Below are positions 1 through 11,823 of a DNA stretch of 64,000 bases, one piece after another. Source of the DNA: Macrostomum lignano (lineage: Eukaryota). Made by a program: the position numbers and the translations under genes. The notes under the pieces are model-generated. The model worked only from the letters and a program-made list of their open reading frames with translations. It had not been told where the DNA came from and searched no databases. The stretch lies in the NCBI GenBank assembly GCA_002269645.1, contig NIVC01000337.1:186001-250000 (forward strand). The letters run 5' to 3'. The first letter of the stretch is position 1, and every line of letters begins with the position of its first letter.

Positions 1-945
1 GCTCCCGAGTGCGTCTTCGGGTGCACTGAGCTTGGCCGGTGGGATGCTCAGCGTCCCCGACTCTGTGTCAATCAGGACGCCCAGGAAAACCGTGCGCCGC
101 GACGGCCCGCTAGACTTTTTTTCGTTGATGGTGAAACCGAGGCTCGTCGCCAGGCTTCTCAAGCTCTCGTAGGCCTCGAAACAGGCCTCGTAGGTGCTCC
201 CGGCCACAGCGAAGTCGTCGAGGTAGCCAACGCAGGTGAACCCGCGCCGTTGCATCATGCGCACCACCGCCTTAGACAGCCTGTTGAAATGGTACACCGA
301 GGCCGCAGCGCCGAAGCTCAGCCGGGTGTCGACCAGGCTCGCTATCGCCGCTAATTGCCATTTGACGCCCAGAGCGTCGAGAGAAAAAGGATGGACACCT
401 ACTGAGCAATACGCCTCCTTGAGATCGATCTTGGCCGTGAAGTCACCGGGATTGAGTTGTAAGCAGAGGCCGCTAACCGTCTCAAACTTAATCTTGTGGT
501 CTGCGATAAAGTGGTTGTTGACCGCACAGCCTTCCGGACGACTGCAGTTGTGGATGATATGGACTCCACCGTCCTCTTTCGGGATGGCACCAAGCGCGGA
601 GATCTTGCACGGACGTCGGCTGACTGACACATACCGCCCGCTGGCGATCTCACGCTGCAATTGCTCTTCCGACCAACGTCTTGTACTCAATGGCGGACGA
701 GTAGTTCCCAACTTCGGAAGGCTTAAAATCTGTTTCAGTAGTGAGCACGAAGCCGTTTTGGACTCCGTCAATTAAAAAAGGCCCGTCGGGGTCGCCGTCC
801 AGCTCCTTCGTCCAGGCATTTGAGTCAAGGGAGCCACTTGGATTGAAATTGATGTCGCGAATGGAGTAAAAACTTGGGATTAAAAGTTGCGGCTGCCAGC
901 TTGCCGGGGCACTGGAGCCGCGGCTATTCGTTTTTTGCCGCGTGT
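1..945 (-). pseudogene. Reverse transcriptase ORF of the DIRS/Ngaro element, frameshifted near 670-680
   Basis: Upstream frame ...WTKELDGDPDGPFLIDGVQNGF...YKTL switches to a second frame EEQLQREIASGRY...KIDLKEAYCSV...YLDDF...FLGVLIDTESG, which stays open to position 1. Confidence 0.85.
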
Positions 946-1907
946 TGCGTCTCGCCGTGGTCCGAGCGCAAGCAGACCCGGCACGCATGAGTGTGCTTGC
1001 AATTCTGGAACTTGCAGCCACCACGGGTGTTGAACTTGAGGCAGACGGGCGCTCCATGAATCACCGGAATCTTCCTGTCCAGGCGAGAACGGGCATGTTG
1101 TGGAGTCTGCTACGGGGCGATGAGGTGCCGTGCCACCAGCGAGAAACTCGGTCGCGCCCAGTCTTGCATGCCCGCCTGCTGCTCTCTTCTGAATGCGTCG
1201 TCGAACCGCATGATCCTGGTGGTGTCATAACCTGCCTCGACCAGCTCACCGATCTGCACGTTGTACTGCAAGTACTGCCGAACGCCTTCCAGGTCGAGCT
1301 GTCCCCTAGAGATCAGGGCGTCGAGGATGCGCGCGTTGCCGACTATCCACTGACCGATTCCCTGCGATTCGGGTTTAGGCTGATTGGCGGTTGCATGCAA
1401 CACCTTTTCCCTACGACTCGCCGGCGCCGTCCGAGGGTCACAACCGCAGAAATCCGTAACGACGAGTGGTGCCGCCCGTAGCCCTGGTTGAGTTACTGAG
1501 GGCTCGAACCCGGGACCTCTGAGCATACTCGGGATATTCATGTCGCTACTACAATCAGAGGGCTCATTAAGAAGCTGATGGTCCACCTCACCTGGTCTAA
1601 ATTGGCCTTCCAGCTGCTGGCGCATTGCTGCCGTCTCCGATTGCAGGCTACTAGCTATCTTCCGCTGGAGCTCTGCTAGGTCCAGCGCCTCCCCTGCCTC
1701 CAGCCGTTGTCGCTGCTGCTGCCGCCGCCCTTCGCTGTCGGTCTCCGCGGAGTTTGATGCCACTTGTTCCCGACGACTAGCTGCTTCGCTCTGGCTCATC
1801 GCAGTGGAGAGTCTACTGACCAGGTCTTTCTTGTAGCCGTGCGTGCTCAGGCCCCTATCTCTCAATTCTTCACGTAGCTAATTTACAGTCATCCTACGCA
1901 AACTCAT
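924..1907 (-). pseudogene. Gag-like ORF1 with N-terminal SAP motif and C-terminal zinc fingers; two premature TAG stops
   Basis: One frame from ATG 1907: MSLRRMTVN*LREELRDRGLSTHGYKKDLVSRL ... RFDDAFRREQ ... LIAP*QTPQ ... CLKFNTRGGCKFQNCKHTHACRVCLRSDHGETQH. Internal stops at 1880-1878 and 1112-1110; terminal stop 926-924. Confidence 0.8.
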
Positions 1908-3549
1908 AGTACCCAGAGTAAGTTGGGCTAGCCAAAAATCGCAAAAGAACGCACGCAAGCTGGCGAGGAGAGATAGGCTGAGGCGGGCACAACGCACGGG
2001 GCTAAAAAAGGCCCCACAGACACCCACCCCCGCCCCGGCGGCGGCACACCCACCCCGGCCAACTACCCCCAAACACGGGCGACGACAAGCCCCCCAGCCC
2101 CGCTAACAGCGATTGGCCAGCCAATCTACACTTAATGTATGTTACTTGCTGAGCTCTCGATCTTTGAGTCTTATTTTAAGAGGTAGAAAACATTTTTATG
2201 TCAAAATTTATTATGGTCTTGTGCGGCCGAGCTATAGCTTCCAAAATTTTCTGCTGCAGACACGAGAATTGAAGTTTGTAAGCAGTAGAGCTCAACAAAC
2301 AAGTAATTACTTACTTTTTCATTACTGGAAGTAACCATTTTCATTAACTATCCCAAACGGCAACAGACGACTTTAAAAATTCTCGAAAGCATGATCGATC
2401 GAGTAACGATCGATTCAATCATTTGAAATGCAAGTATTGCAGGTCAGCTTCCAGTTATGGTGCTTAATTATTTGATGCATATGAATTTTCAGCACCAGAA
2501 AGCAAGGCAAAACAAAGTAAACAAGAGACCCTTCACCTTTAGCTGAACTGCACTAAAGTACATGTAAAGCTACAAGTATGTTAACTAAAATTATAAAATA
2601 AAGATTATCGAAATATTTTTTTTGGTTTTACGTGCTTGATGGACAGTAAATCAGTTTGTGAAGCTTTTGAAGTAGAAATCCTCAGATGTTTGTTTTTCTC
2701 AAGTTAGATTTTAAAAAGTGCTTTTTTAGGAAAATCGGCTGCTGAAAAAATGATCGGAAAATGAATACGTTGAAAAATGACATCTTACTAGAAATTTTAA
2801 AATGACTCACAAATCTCAGTTATGAAATAGCTTTACAATATATGGAGCTAAATTTAATTTCTTTTTTGAGAAAGTTATTTTATCTGCTGACACTACTTTG
2901 TATTTTGTATGCTAGCATTGTTTGTTTAAATTATAATACATATTTATAAAAACTAAATTGTAAACCTAATTATGATGTAGAAAGCAATTATAACATATTA
3001 TCTAACCTATAGAAGCAAAAAACAAAACACAATCTTTTTGGATAATGTTTTTCTATGACTTTTGGTTTTAAACAAAATGATCTAGTCTATATATATATAT
3101 CTAAATATAGCTTATTTAAGATTAGGCTTATTTACTCTAAGCCCTTAAAAATTGTTATGGAAAAAGATAAATAATTAGCTAGGCCTACTTATAATCAAGA
3201 TGAGTTGTGATGGACCAATGTGGCCACAAGGCAAACCTATTTCTTATTGCTTTGTGAAGAGAAGGCTAAGAGGAGGTTAGGGTATATAAATAGAAGCTCT
3301 TTCTCTCGCATCAATTTCCCTTATTTTAAACTCTATGAGTATGATTCTATATCTTATTTGCCAAACTATCTAGTTTAGATAGGCCTAGTTTTTGAATAAC
3401 CAATAAGCAGTCAGTATTTTATTATTGAAAATTAGGCCTATACTTGTTAATTTGGCCCATGGTCAAAGTTACAGTTAAGAAATAAGACATCATAATGGTC
3501 TTTTAAAATCTATAGGCCTATATCTCAGGAGCTAGAATTTTTTTTATTA

Positions 3550-3898
3550 GAGGCAGGGGGGTTGGTGCACCCTGGCGCACTTTATGCGACATAGGCACAC
3601 AACCGGCAAGAGGCATTACTGCCCATTCCACTGACTCCCCTGAGCAGGCATACAAGCGTGCGGATACGTATGCAGGCACACTCTCACACAGGAGTGTACA
3701 GCGGCCCTAACTTTATATTATCGTTAGGCATGTACACTTCATTGCGCCTTGGGGGGTTGGCCCTCAAGGCCGTTAATTGTACGAGCAGAGCCAAGCCGAG
3801 ATTCCAATTCAGTCCCAAATTAATGTAACTGCACTTGGAATCGAGCCTGGGTCGCTGGCACACCAGAGCAGCTACGCTACCGCTGGGCTACGGCCCCC
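3550..3898 (-). mobile_element. tRNA-derived SINE, copy 1 (about 350 bp)
   Basis: Minus strand starts GGGGGCCGTAGCCCAGCGG, with Pol III A box TAGCCCAGCGG (3890-3880) and B box GGCTCGATTCC (3847-3837). The body recurs at 4705-5019. Confidence 0.7.
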
Positions 3899-4413
3899 GT
3901 TAGGAGCTAGAATAGCCAATAGTAATTTAAAGAGGTTAAAAGTTATTTCTCTTTGCAAAAACTGATTTATAGCAATGCCTAGGCTATACTGTGGCCAGTG
4001 GCCACCTTAAACATATGCCCATAGGGTGCCCCTATTAAGTTTGAGTTTTATTTTTTTTATATAGAAAATATACATTATTGTATATTATATATATATATAC
4101 ATGTGTATAATATATATTTATGTTAACATATACCAGCTTAGTAATCTGTGCCCCCCTCTCTATTCAAAATTTTTGGGATTTGTACCTATCAAGATAATGT
4201 TTATTATGTGTTAGAAAATTTTTAGACAATTATTTTTTTTATCAAATTTTTAACTTTATCAATTTTTATTTATTATATATTAATGTCTAAAAATTATTTA
4301 GTAATATAATAAATTGTTTAAGGCTAGTTATGATAAAGAAAGTGCTTATTAAAAAGTAGCACTAAATAATCTAAAGCCAGTTTATATAGTGTATTAGTTT
4401 AATACAAATTTGA

Positions 4414-4446
<33 letters not shown>

Positions 4447-4704
4447 TAGGGTGGTAGTTTAGCAATAAAGACTAGCTGACAACAATTAAACATTTAGAAA
4501 CTAGTCCTAGCTAGCAATTACAAGTTTAAATCTCACTTTTAGACATACAGGTAGAAGCTGATGTTGGGCTTATAATGCTTTCTTAAATAAATTTTTAATA
4601 TAAATATTGTCTTTTTGTTTTGAGGTTATTTATTCTAAGTTTCAAAACAAAATATACATATGTTATATTTTATGCATCACAATATAGCTAACCTATTTTA
4701 GATA

Positions 4705-5019
4705 GAGGCAGGGAGCTATGTGCATCCTAGTGCACTTTAAGCAACATTGTCTTACAAATGGCAATAGGCATTATTGCCCATCCCACTAACTCAGCTGAGC
4801 AGGCACATAAGCACACGGATACATGCATAGGCATACCCACAGACACACACAGAAGTGTACAGTAGCCCTAACTATTTATTGTTATACATGTGCACTTCAC
4901 TGTGCCTTGGGGGTTGGCCTTCAAGGGCATTAATTGCACAAGCAGAGCCAAGCCGAGATTCTAATTTAGCCCCAAATTAATGTGACTGCACTTGGAATCA
5001 AGCCTGGGCTGCTGGCACA
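4705..5019 (-). mobile_element. tRNA-derived SINE, copy 2 (5'-truncated, CpG-decayed)
   Basis: Colinear with 3550-3862 by eye; lacks the A-box end. Confidence 0.7.
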
Positions 5020-5226
5020 TTTAAGTAGAGAGTTGATTGAAATTGTTTTATCGAGACAGACAAAGGCAAAAAATAAGAGTATGCAAGGAATTTAAGTCAA
5101 ATTTTTATGGCCACTCAACTTTAAAATAAAAAAATTGAGCCAAATCGCACTAATTTAAGTAAGCAAGATGGAACAATGCCACATGTGCCTCATACGAGTA
5201 TATTGCATTGATTTCTGTGCATGCAG

Positions 5227-7455
5227 GCCATGAAGAAGAGCCCGGCCGTGAAGGCCGCCCTAATTGATGGCCTGCTGTCAGACTCGGCCACTCACATTCA
5301 CATGCTGCTGCAGAGCCAGGACCGGCAGCTCATGTCAGACACGATGCAGCAGCTGGCTCAGAATCCCAAATCTATTGATGCATTTCTGCGCATCCTGACC
5401 GAGTTAGTTGCCAAGCACCCGCAGTCCGCTAGCCAGGCTTTGCAGTGGCTCAATCGCTTGGTTGAAACCCACTCTGGCTACATCATGTCCTCGCCTGACC
5501 TCATCAATCGGCTGGGACAATTGAGATCGCAGCTGCAGGTATAAAATAAGATTTTTTGTCCATTATATCTTTGAATATCGGATGCAAGCCAAGTGTGGTA
5601 TGCCAATATGCTAGTCCCAATAAACACCCCAGAATAATGATTTTCCCAATAAACACCCCAGAATAATGGCTGTCCCAATCAACACCTCAGAATAATGGTT
5701 GTCCCAATAAACACCCCAGAATAATGGCTGTCCCAATCAACACCCCAGAATAATGGTTGTCCCAATAAACACCCCAGAATAATGGTTGTCCCAATAAACA
5801 CCTCAGAATAATGGTTGTCCCAATCAACACCTCAGAATAATGGTTGTCCCAATCAACACCTCAGAATAATGGTTGTCCCAATCAACACCTCAGAATAATG
5901 GTTGTCCCAATAAACACCCCAGAATAATGGCTGTCCTAATAAACACCTCAGAATAATGGTTGTCCCAATCAACACCTCAGAATAATGGTTGTCCCAATCA
6001 ACACCTCAGAATAATGGTTGTCCCAATAAACACCCCAGAATAATGGCTGTCCTAATAAACACCTCAGAATAATGGTTGTCCCAATAAACATCCCAGAATA
6101 ATGGCTGTCCTAATAAACACCCCAGGGTAATAGGTAGCCCCAAAACACCTTAAAGAACCACTCCAATAGAAAAGCTTTAACAGAATCGCCCGATAAACAA
6201 CCGTAAACAGAATCGCCCGATAAACATCCCTAAACAGAATCGCCCGATAAACACCCCTAAACCGAATCGCTCATATGAATACTCCGGCAATAAAAACCCA
6301 ATTTTAAATGGTCCCAGCCTCCAAAAAAATAATTTCGTTGCCACCCGGTGACAAAACGTGGCAGACACGGCTAGCCAGCATGCAGCGGCTGCTCATGCTC
6401 AAGGGCCGGCTGGACTTGCTGCTCAGCCTGACGGACAATCGGAGAGCAGCGGCGGCCAATGGAACAGACGCCTGCGCCAGGCAGAAGCCGGCCGTGACCC
6501 ACCGCGACAGCGACTCGGAGCTGACGGAGAGCTCCGACGGCGAAGCAGGCGACGGATCCGAGGCCGAGGAACCTGACGACCTGGCCGGACAGCTGCTAGG
6601 CAATGTCGGCTCCTCATCTGGATCGGAGGCTGGACCAGACGATTATCTTGATGACGTGCGTTGATAGGGCTGTTGTCTGGCATGGTGTTTTCATGCTGGG
6701 TAGCTAATTATGCAGATTCTAATCAGAGTAGCTAATTATGCAGATTCTAATCTGGGTAACTAATTATGCAGATTCTAATCTGGGTAGCTAATTATGCAGA
6801 TTCTAATCTGGGTAGCTAATTATGCAGATTCTAATCTGGGTAGCTAATTATGCAGATTATAATCTGGGTAGCTAATTATGCAGATTCTAATCAGAGTAGC
6901 TAATTATGCAGATTCTAATCAGAGTAGCTAATTATGAAGATTCTAATCTGGGTAGCTAATTATGCAGATTCTAATCAGAGTAGCTAATTATGCAGATTCT
7001 AATCTGGGTAGCTAATTATGCAGATTCTAATCAGAGTAGCTAATTATGCAGATTCTAATCAGAGTAGCTAATTATGAAGATTCTAATCTGGGTAGCTAAT
7101 TATGCAGATTCTAATCTGGGTAGCTAATTATGCAGATTCTAATCTGGGTAGCTAATTATGCAGATTCTAATCTGGGTAGCTAGTTATGCAGATTCTAATC
7201 TGGAGCGGCAGCATACTCAAAAAACCTCTCAACTAAAACTCCCAAACTCAACAGGCAGAGGACGGCGACGTCGACATGAGCGACGAGGATGCCAGCGAAG
7301 GCGACGGCGACGGCGAGGAGGGCGAAGGCGGCAGCGAAGACGCTGAAGGCGACTCCGACGACGAGGAGTTCGAGGACGATGAAGAGGGCAGCGGGTTCAG
7401 CAGCGACGAGGCCGCTGGAGGCGGGGCGTCCAAACGGGCCGCGCTGAGCGGCTGA
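5227..7455 (+). CDS. WDR43: WD repeat-containing protein 43 / UTP5, 3' exons (Utp12-type domain plus acidic tail); 5' exons not identified in the window
   Basis: Exons 5227-5538, 6365-6655 and 7255-7455, all phase 0 with AG/GT ends. KHPQSASQALQWLNRLVETHSGYIMSSPDLINRLGQL...TRLASMQRLLMLKGRLDLL resembles the WDR43 C-terminal domain and is followed by a D/E-rich tail ending KRAALSG*. Confidence 0.8.
5614..6130. repeat. Intronic minisatellite, 29-bp unit GTCCCAATAAACACCCCAGAATAATGGTT, about 18 copies
   Basis: Direct periodicity; inside a WDR43 intron. A short 27-bp repeat (3-4 copies) follows at about 6178-6270. Confidence 0.95.
6698..7200. repeat. Intronic minisatellite, 28-bp unit GTAGCTAATTATGCAGATTCTAATCTGG, about 18 copies
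   Basis: Direct periodicity; last WDR43 intron. Confidence 0.95.
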
Positions 7456-7635
7456 GAAGCGTTTTTTCATCTCTGCCTTTTTAAATAACTTTTATGTGCA
7501 TTTTTTAGTAACCATCAAGTATATGAAGCAGTGCACCCACCTTTGCTGACATTTCTGACTAGGGAATTTTGTCCTCTCCCAGCCTCGCTTATTTCGGTTT
7601 ATTTGAAGTTCCATTTGGATTGTAGCCTGCTAAGT

Positions 7636-8345
7636 CACTCTCCAGTGACCTACTCCACTCTCCAGTGACCTACTCCACTCTCCAGTGACCTACTCCACTC
7701 TCCAGTGACCTACTCCACTCTCCAGTGACCTACTCCACTCTCCAGTGACCTACTCTCCACTCCAGTGACCTACTCCACTCTCCACTCTCCAGTGACCTAC
7801 TCCACTCTCCACTCTCCAGTGACCTACTCCACTTTCCAGTGACCTACTCCACTCTCCAGTGACCTACTCCACTCTCCAGTGACCTACTCCACTCTCCAGT
7901 GACCTACTCCACTCTCCAGTAACCTACTCCACTCTCCAGTGACCTACTCTCCACTCCAGTGACCTACTCCACTCTCCACTCTCCAGTGACCTACTCCACT
8001 TTCCAGTGACCTACTCCACTCTCCAGTGACCTTCTCCACTCTCCACTCTCCAGTGATCTACTCCACTCTCCGCTCTCCAGTGACCTACTCCATTCTCCAC
8101 TCCCTAGTGACCTACTCAATTCTCCACTCTCCAGTGACCTACTCCACTCTCCACTCTCCAGTGACCTACTCCACTCTCCGCTCTCCAGTGACCTACTCCA
8201 TTCTCCACTCCCTAGTGACCTACTCCATTCTCCACTCTCCAGTGACCTACTCCACTCTCCACTCTCCAGTGACCTGCTCCATTCTCCACTCTCCAGTGAC
8301 CTGCTCCATTCTCCACTCTCCAGTGACCTACTGGACTACTCTTGA
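7636..8345. repeat. Minisatellite, 20-bp unit CTCCAGTGACCTACTCCACT with 7-bp insertion variants
   Basis: Direct periodicity; lies between WDR43 and NDUFAF3. Confidence 0.95.
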
Positions 8346-8532
8346 GTGACCTACTAGACTACTAGTAGCCTATTAGGCCACTCTCCAGAGGCTTGAGACA
8401 TACCATTCACTCACTCATTATTACCGGACCTTTAGTTATTAAAGTCAGACAGAAGGATCAGCATATATTCCTACTGTTGAGTAGTGCGATCAGCATGTTG
8501 TTCTCTTGAAGCAGCTGCTACATTGAAATCCA

Positions 8533-9972
8533 ATGCGTTTCCAGCAGTGCCTGCAGTCCGCTCGCATGCTGCTCTGCTCTCGCTGCGCCTGCCGGATGCT
8601 GGGGCGACTCAGTCCGACCGGCCGCTCGCTATCAAAAGACACCTCCCAGGAGGTGCCCACTAGCTTCAATGATGACCTAGAAGAGAATAAAACTTCCGTG
8701 ACTATTCTTAATGAGGATAAATCCATGGTCTTCTTTGAGCGATTCGGCCGCTACGGCTTCAAGCTTAGCACGGGGATCTTCGTGCTCGGCCCCGTGCTGG
8801 CATTCCCGAAGTCCGTGTTCAGCTGGAGAGTGTCCGGAACGGGCGATATTGGCCCGGCCAGCCTGTCCGTTCTGCAGGTCCTCTACCCCCGGCCTGACAT
8901 CTTCCTGTTGGGCAAAGGCGACCCGACTGCTAACCTGGATAGCTCGGCTCTGAACACCTGGTTTAGGTATAATTAGCTATGCTCTGGCTTTTTCCTGATT
9001 GGCTGATGCAGATTGCTGTGTGCTGATTGGCTGACGCAGATTGCTGTGTGCTGATTGGCTGATGCAGATTGCTGTGTGCTGATTGGCTGATGCAGATTGC
9101 TGTGTGCTGATTGGCTGATGCAGTTTGTTGTATGCTTATTGGTAGCTGATTGGCTGATAAACTAAGCAGGTAGCTGATTGGCTGATAAACTAAGCAGGTA
9201 TAGCTAATTGGCTAGTAAACTAAGTAGGTAGCTGATTGGCTGATAAACTGAGCAGCTAGCTGATTGGCTAGTAAACTAAGCAGGTAGCTGATTGGCTGGT
9301 AAAGTGAGCAGGTAGCTGATTGGCTGATAAACTAAGCAGGTAGCTGATTAGCTGGTAAACTGAGCAGGTAGCTGATTGGCTGGTAAAGTGAGCAGGTGCT
9401 AACTATCTCATTTGCTGCCGCATCCCGTCTCCAGGGAGCTGCGGATCAACTGGGAGATTCTGCCCACAGAGGAGGCGCTCACCACTTTCAACTTCCTGAA
9501 CTCTGAGGGCCGCCACGTTGCTGGCGCCTTCCTGCCGCCCAGCATGCGCGACATGTACAAGGAGGATCTGCAGGCGCTGGAGGTGGACAAGCGGCGCCGG
9601 GCGAACTACCAGCTGCTGGAATCCACGGGCGGCCACTACCGTAGCGAGCTGCTGGACTCGCCGCCGCAGCAGCCATCCGAGCGGACTTTTCGCGATGCCG
9701 CCGCCTCATCGCTGGACTCGCTGAAGCGCCCGAGCTCGGCTGCGTTCACCGAGTACCAGCGGCGACAGCGGGTGGCCGAGGAGGCCGGCGAGAACTACCA
9801 AACGGCGAGGGCGGCTCAGAGGGCGAAGGCACACGCCCAGCTGCAGACGGACCGGCAGCGGCAGGTTGAAGAGGCCAAGCGCCGCGTGGAAGACGAGCAA
9901 GAGGGCCTGGACGGAGCTGACGGCGACGGCGAGGCCAGAGACGACGGACGTCCTGGTGGACAGAAAAAGTAG
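8533..9972 (+). CDS. NDUFAF3: NADH dehydrogenase 1 alpha subcomplex assembly factor 3 (Mth938 domain), 323 aa
   Basis: Exons 8533-8966 and 9435-9972 (phase-2 intron). Presequence-like N terminus; motifs GPVLAFPKSVFSW, PRPDIFLLGKG, EILPTEEALTTFNFLNSEGRHVAGAFLPP. Confidence 0.88.
8995..9395. repeat. Intronic minisatellite, two related 28-bp units sharing GCTGATTGGCTG
   Basis: Direct periodicity; fills the NDUFAF3 intron. Confidence 0.9.
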
Positions 9973-10204
9973 CTGCATCGACTTTCTGGTAGTATCTTAG
10001 CAAATCTGCAAGCCCAGCATCTCCCAGCAGAACTCTCACCAATCAACTCTGAGCAGTGCAGCTTCTTGACCTCAAATTTCGCATTGTAGTTGTTTTGCTT
10101 AATAATATAATCCACTTCTGATGGCTAGAACTGAAGTTTGAAGTCTGTCGTTTTGCAATTCAATTTGTGAAGAATTCTTGATGATTTCGGCTTTTTGCTT
10201 TTTG

Positions 10205-11075
10205 CTCAGATTCTTGACACACCATTCAGATTCTTGTGAAACCATTCAGATTCTCGTGACACCATTCAGATTCTTGTGACACCATCTAGGCTCTTGTGAC
10301 ACCATTCAGATTCTCGTGACACCATTCAGATTCTTGTGAAACCATTCAGATTCTTGTGAAACCATTCAGATTCTCGTGACACCATTCAGATTCTTGTGAC
10401 AGCATTCAGATTCTCGAGACACCATTCAGATTCTCGTGAAACCATCTAGGCTCTTGTGACACCATTCAGATTCTTGTGAAACCATTCAGATTCTCGTGAC
10501 ACCATTCAGATTCTCGTGACACCATTCAGATTCTTGTGACACCATTCAGATTCTCGTGACACCATTCCGATTCTTGTGACAGCATTCAGATTCTCGAGAC
10601 ACCATTCAGATTCTCGTGAAACCATCTAGGCTCTTGTGACACCATTCAGATTCTCGTGACACCATCTAGGCTCTTGTGACACCATTCAGATTCTCGAGAC
10701 ACTATTCAGGTTCTCGTGACATCATCTAGATTCCCGTAACAACATTCAGATTCCCGTGGTACCATTTAGCTTCTCAACACCATTCAGATTCTCGTGACAA
10801 CATTCAGATTCCCGTGACAACATTTAGCTTCTCAACACCATTCAGATTCTCGTGACAACATTCAGATTCCCGTGGTACCATTTAGCTTCTCAACACCATT
10901 CAGATTCTCGAGACACTATTCAGGTTCTCGTGACATCATCTAGATTCCCGTAACAACATTCAGATTCCCGTGGTACCATTTAGCTTCTCAACACCATTCA
11001 GATTCCCGTGACAACATTCAGATTCCCGTGACAACATTTAGCTTCTCAACACCATTCAGATTCTCGTGACACCAT
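10205..11075. repeat. Minisatellite, 20-bp unit CACCATTCAGATTCT(T/C)GTGA with higher-order blocks
   Basis: Direct periodicity; a block of about 214 bp is duplicated at about 10700 and 10915. Confidence 0.95.
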
Positions 11076-11823
11076 CCAATTTATTCAGGCAGTTATGGAG
11101 TAAGAATTATGTGGATTACTCTAATGGAGTTGTCCTCGCAGTTTCCATACCTATTGCAATAGTCACTCACTCCTGACTGCAGCTGTGCAAGCCCTGTGTG
11201 GTCCCCCAACCCTAATGCGCAAGCAGTGCACACAAATGAACGCAAACACTCGGCGATTTCTCGCAGCGGGTTAATAATTAACAAACGGCATTTGCCTTGC
11301 ATTGTCACGCTTGCTCTGGGAACTCCGGGGCCTCCAATTAACGATTCTACTACTCCGACGATCCCGTTGTCATGGCAACCGTTTCCAGCCGTGATTGAGC
11401 TTAGAATGTGAATATTCTATCGGATAAGCAGAGAGCACATCGGCTTTAACGGGATTGGTTGCCTTGACAACCAGGTGGATTGGATGGATAATCCGATATT
11501 GGTTTAGCATACCGCTGCGTATTGTTTGGCCTATTGGAACTGGGGAGCGGCCATATAACTACACGAGAATACCTGCCTTAATCCTGTTATTAGCCAGCAT
11601 TGAGAGCTGATTGACCCGCTGCTCAATTCTTTCGGTGAGTTCTTTGCGCAGATTTGGAACATTTATAGTTACTTGTACTTGCGTAGCAACTGACTGGAAA
11701 TTGACAGCTCGGCTCGGCCCTTACCTCGAATATTCGTGCTCAGCTGCGAGTGCATGTCGGGGGGAGTCGCTTTTGATATCTGAGAAATCACCTGGGTTGT
11801 CTGAGAAAAGTTAGTAAAAGAAA

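Larger units (their letters stand above)
1..2130 (-). mobile_element. DIRS-order (Ngaro-like) tyrosine-recombinase retrotransposon, degenerate; 3' part lies beyond the window start
   Basis: Gag-like ORF1 overlaps an RT ORF. RT motifs: SALGAIPK, KIDLKEAY, DTRLSFG, VGYLDDF (YLDD codons 225-214), FLGVLIDT. Gag ends in a C-x8-C-x4-C-x3-H / C-x2-C-x4-H zinc-finger cluster. The 5' boundary near 2130 is approximate. Confidence 0.85.

Noticed and set aside
236-1481. Plus-strand 179-aa ORFs at 236-775 and 942-1481
   Set aside because: Antisense shadows of the retrotransposon RT and Gag.
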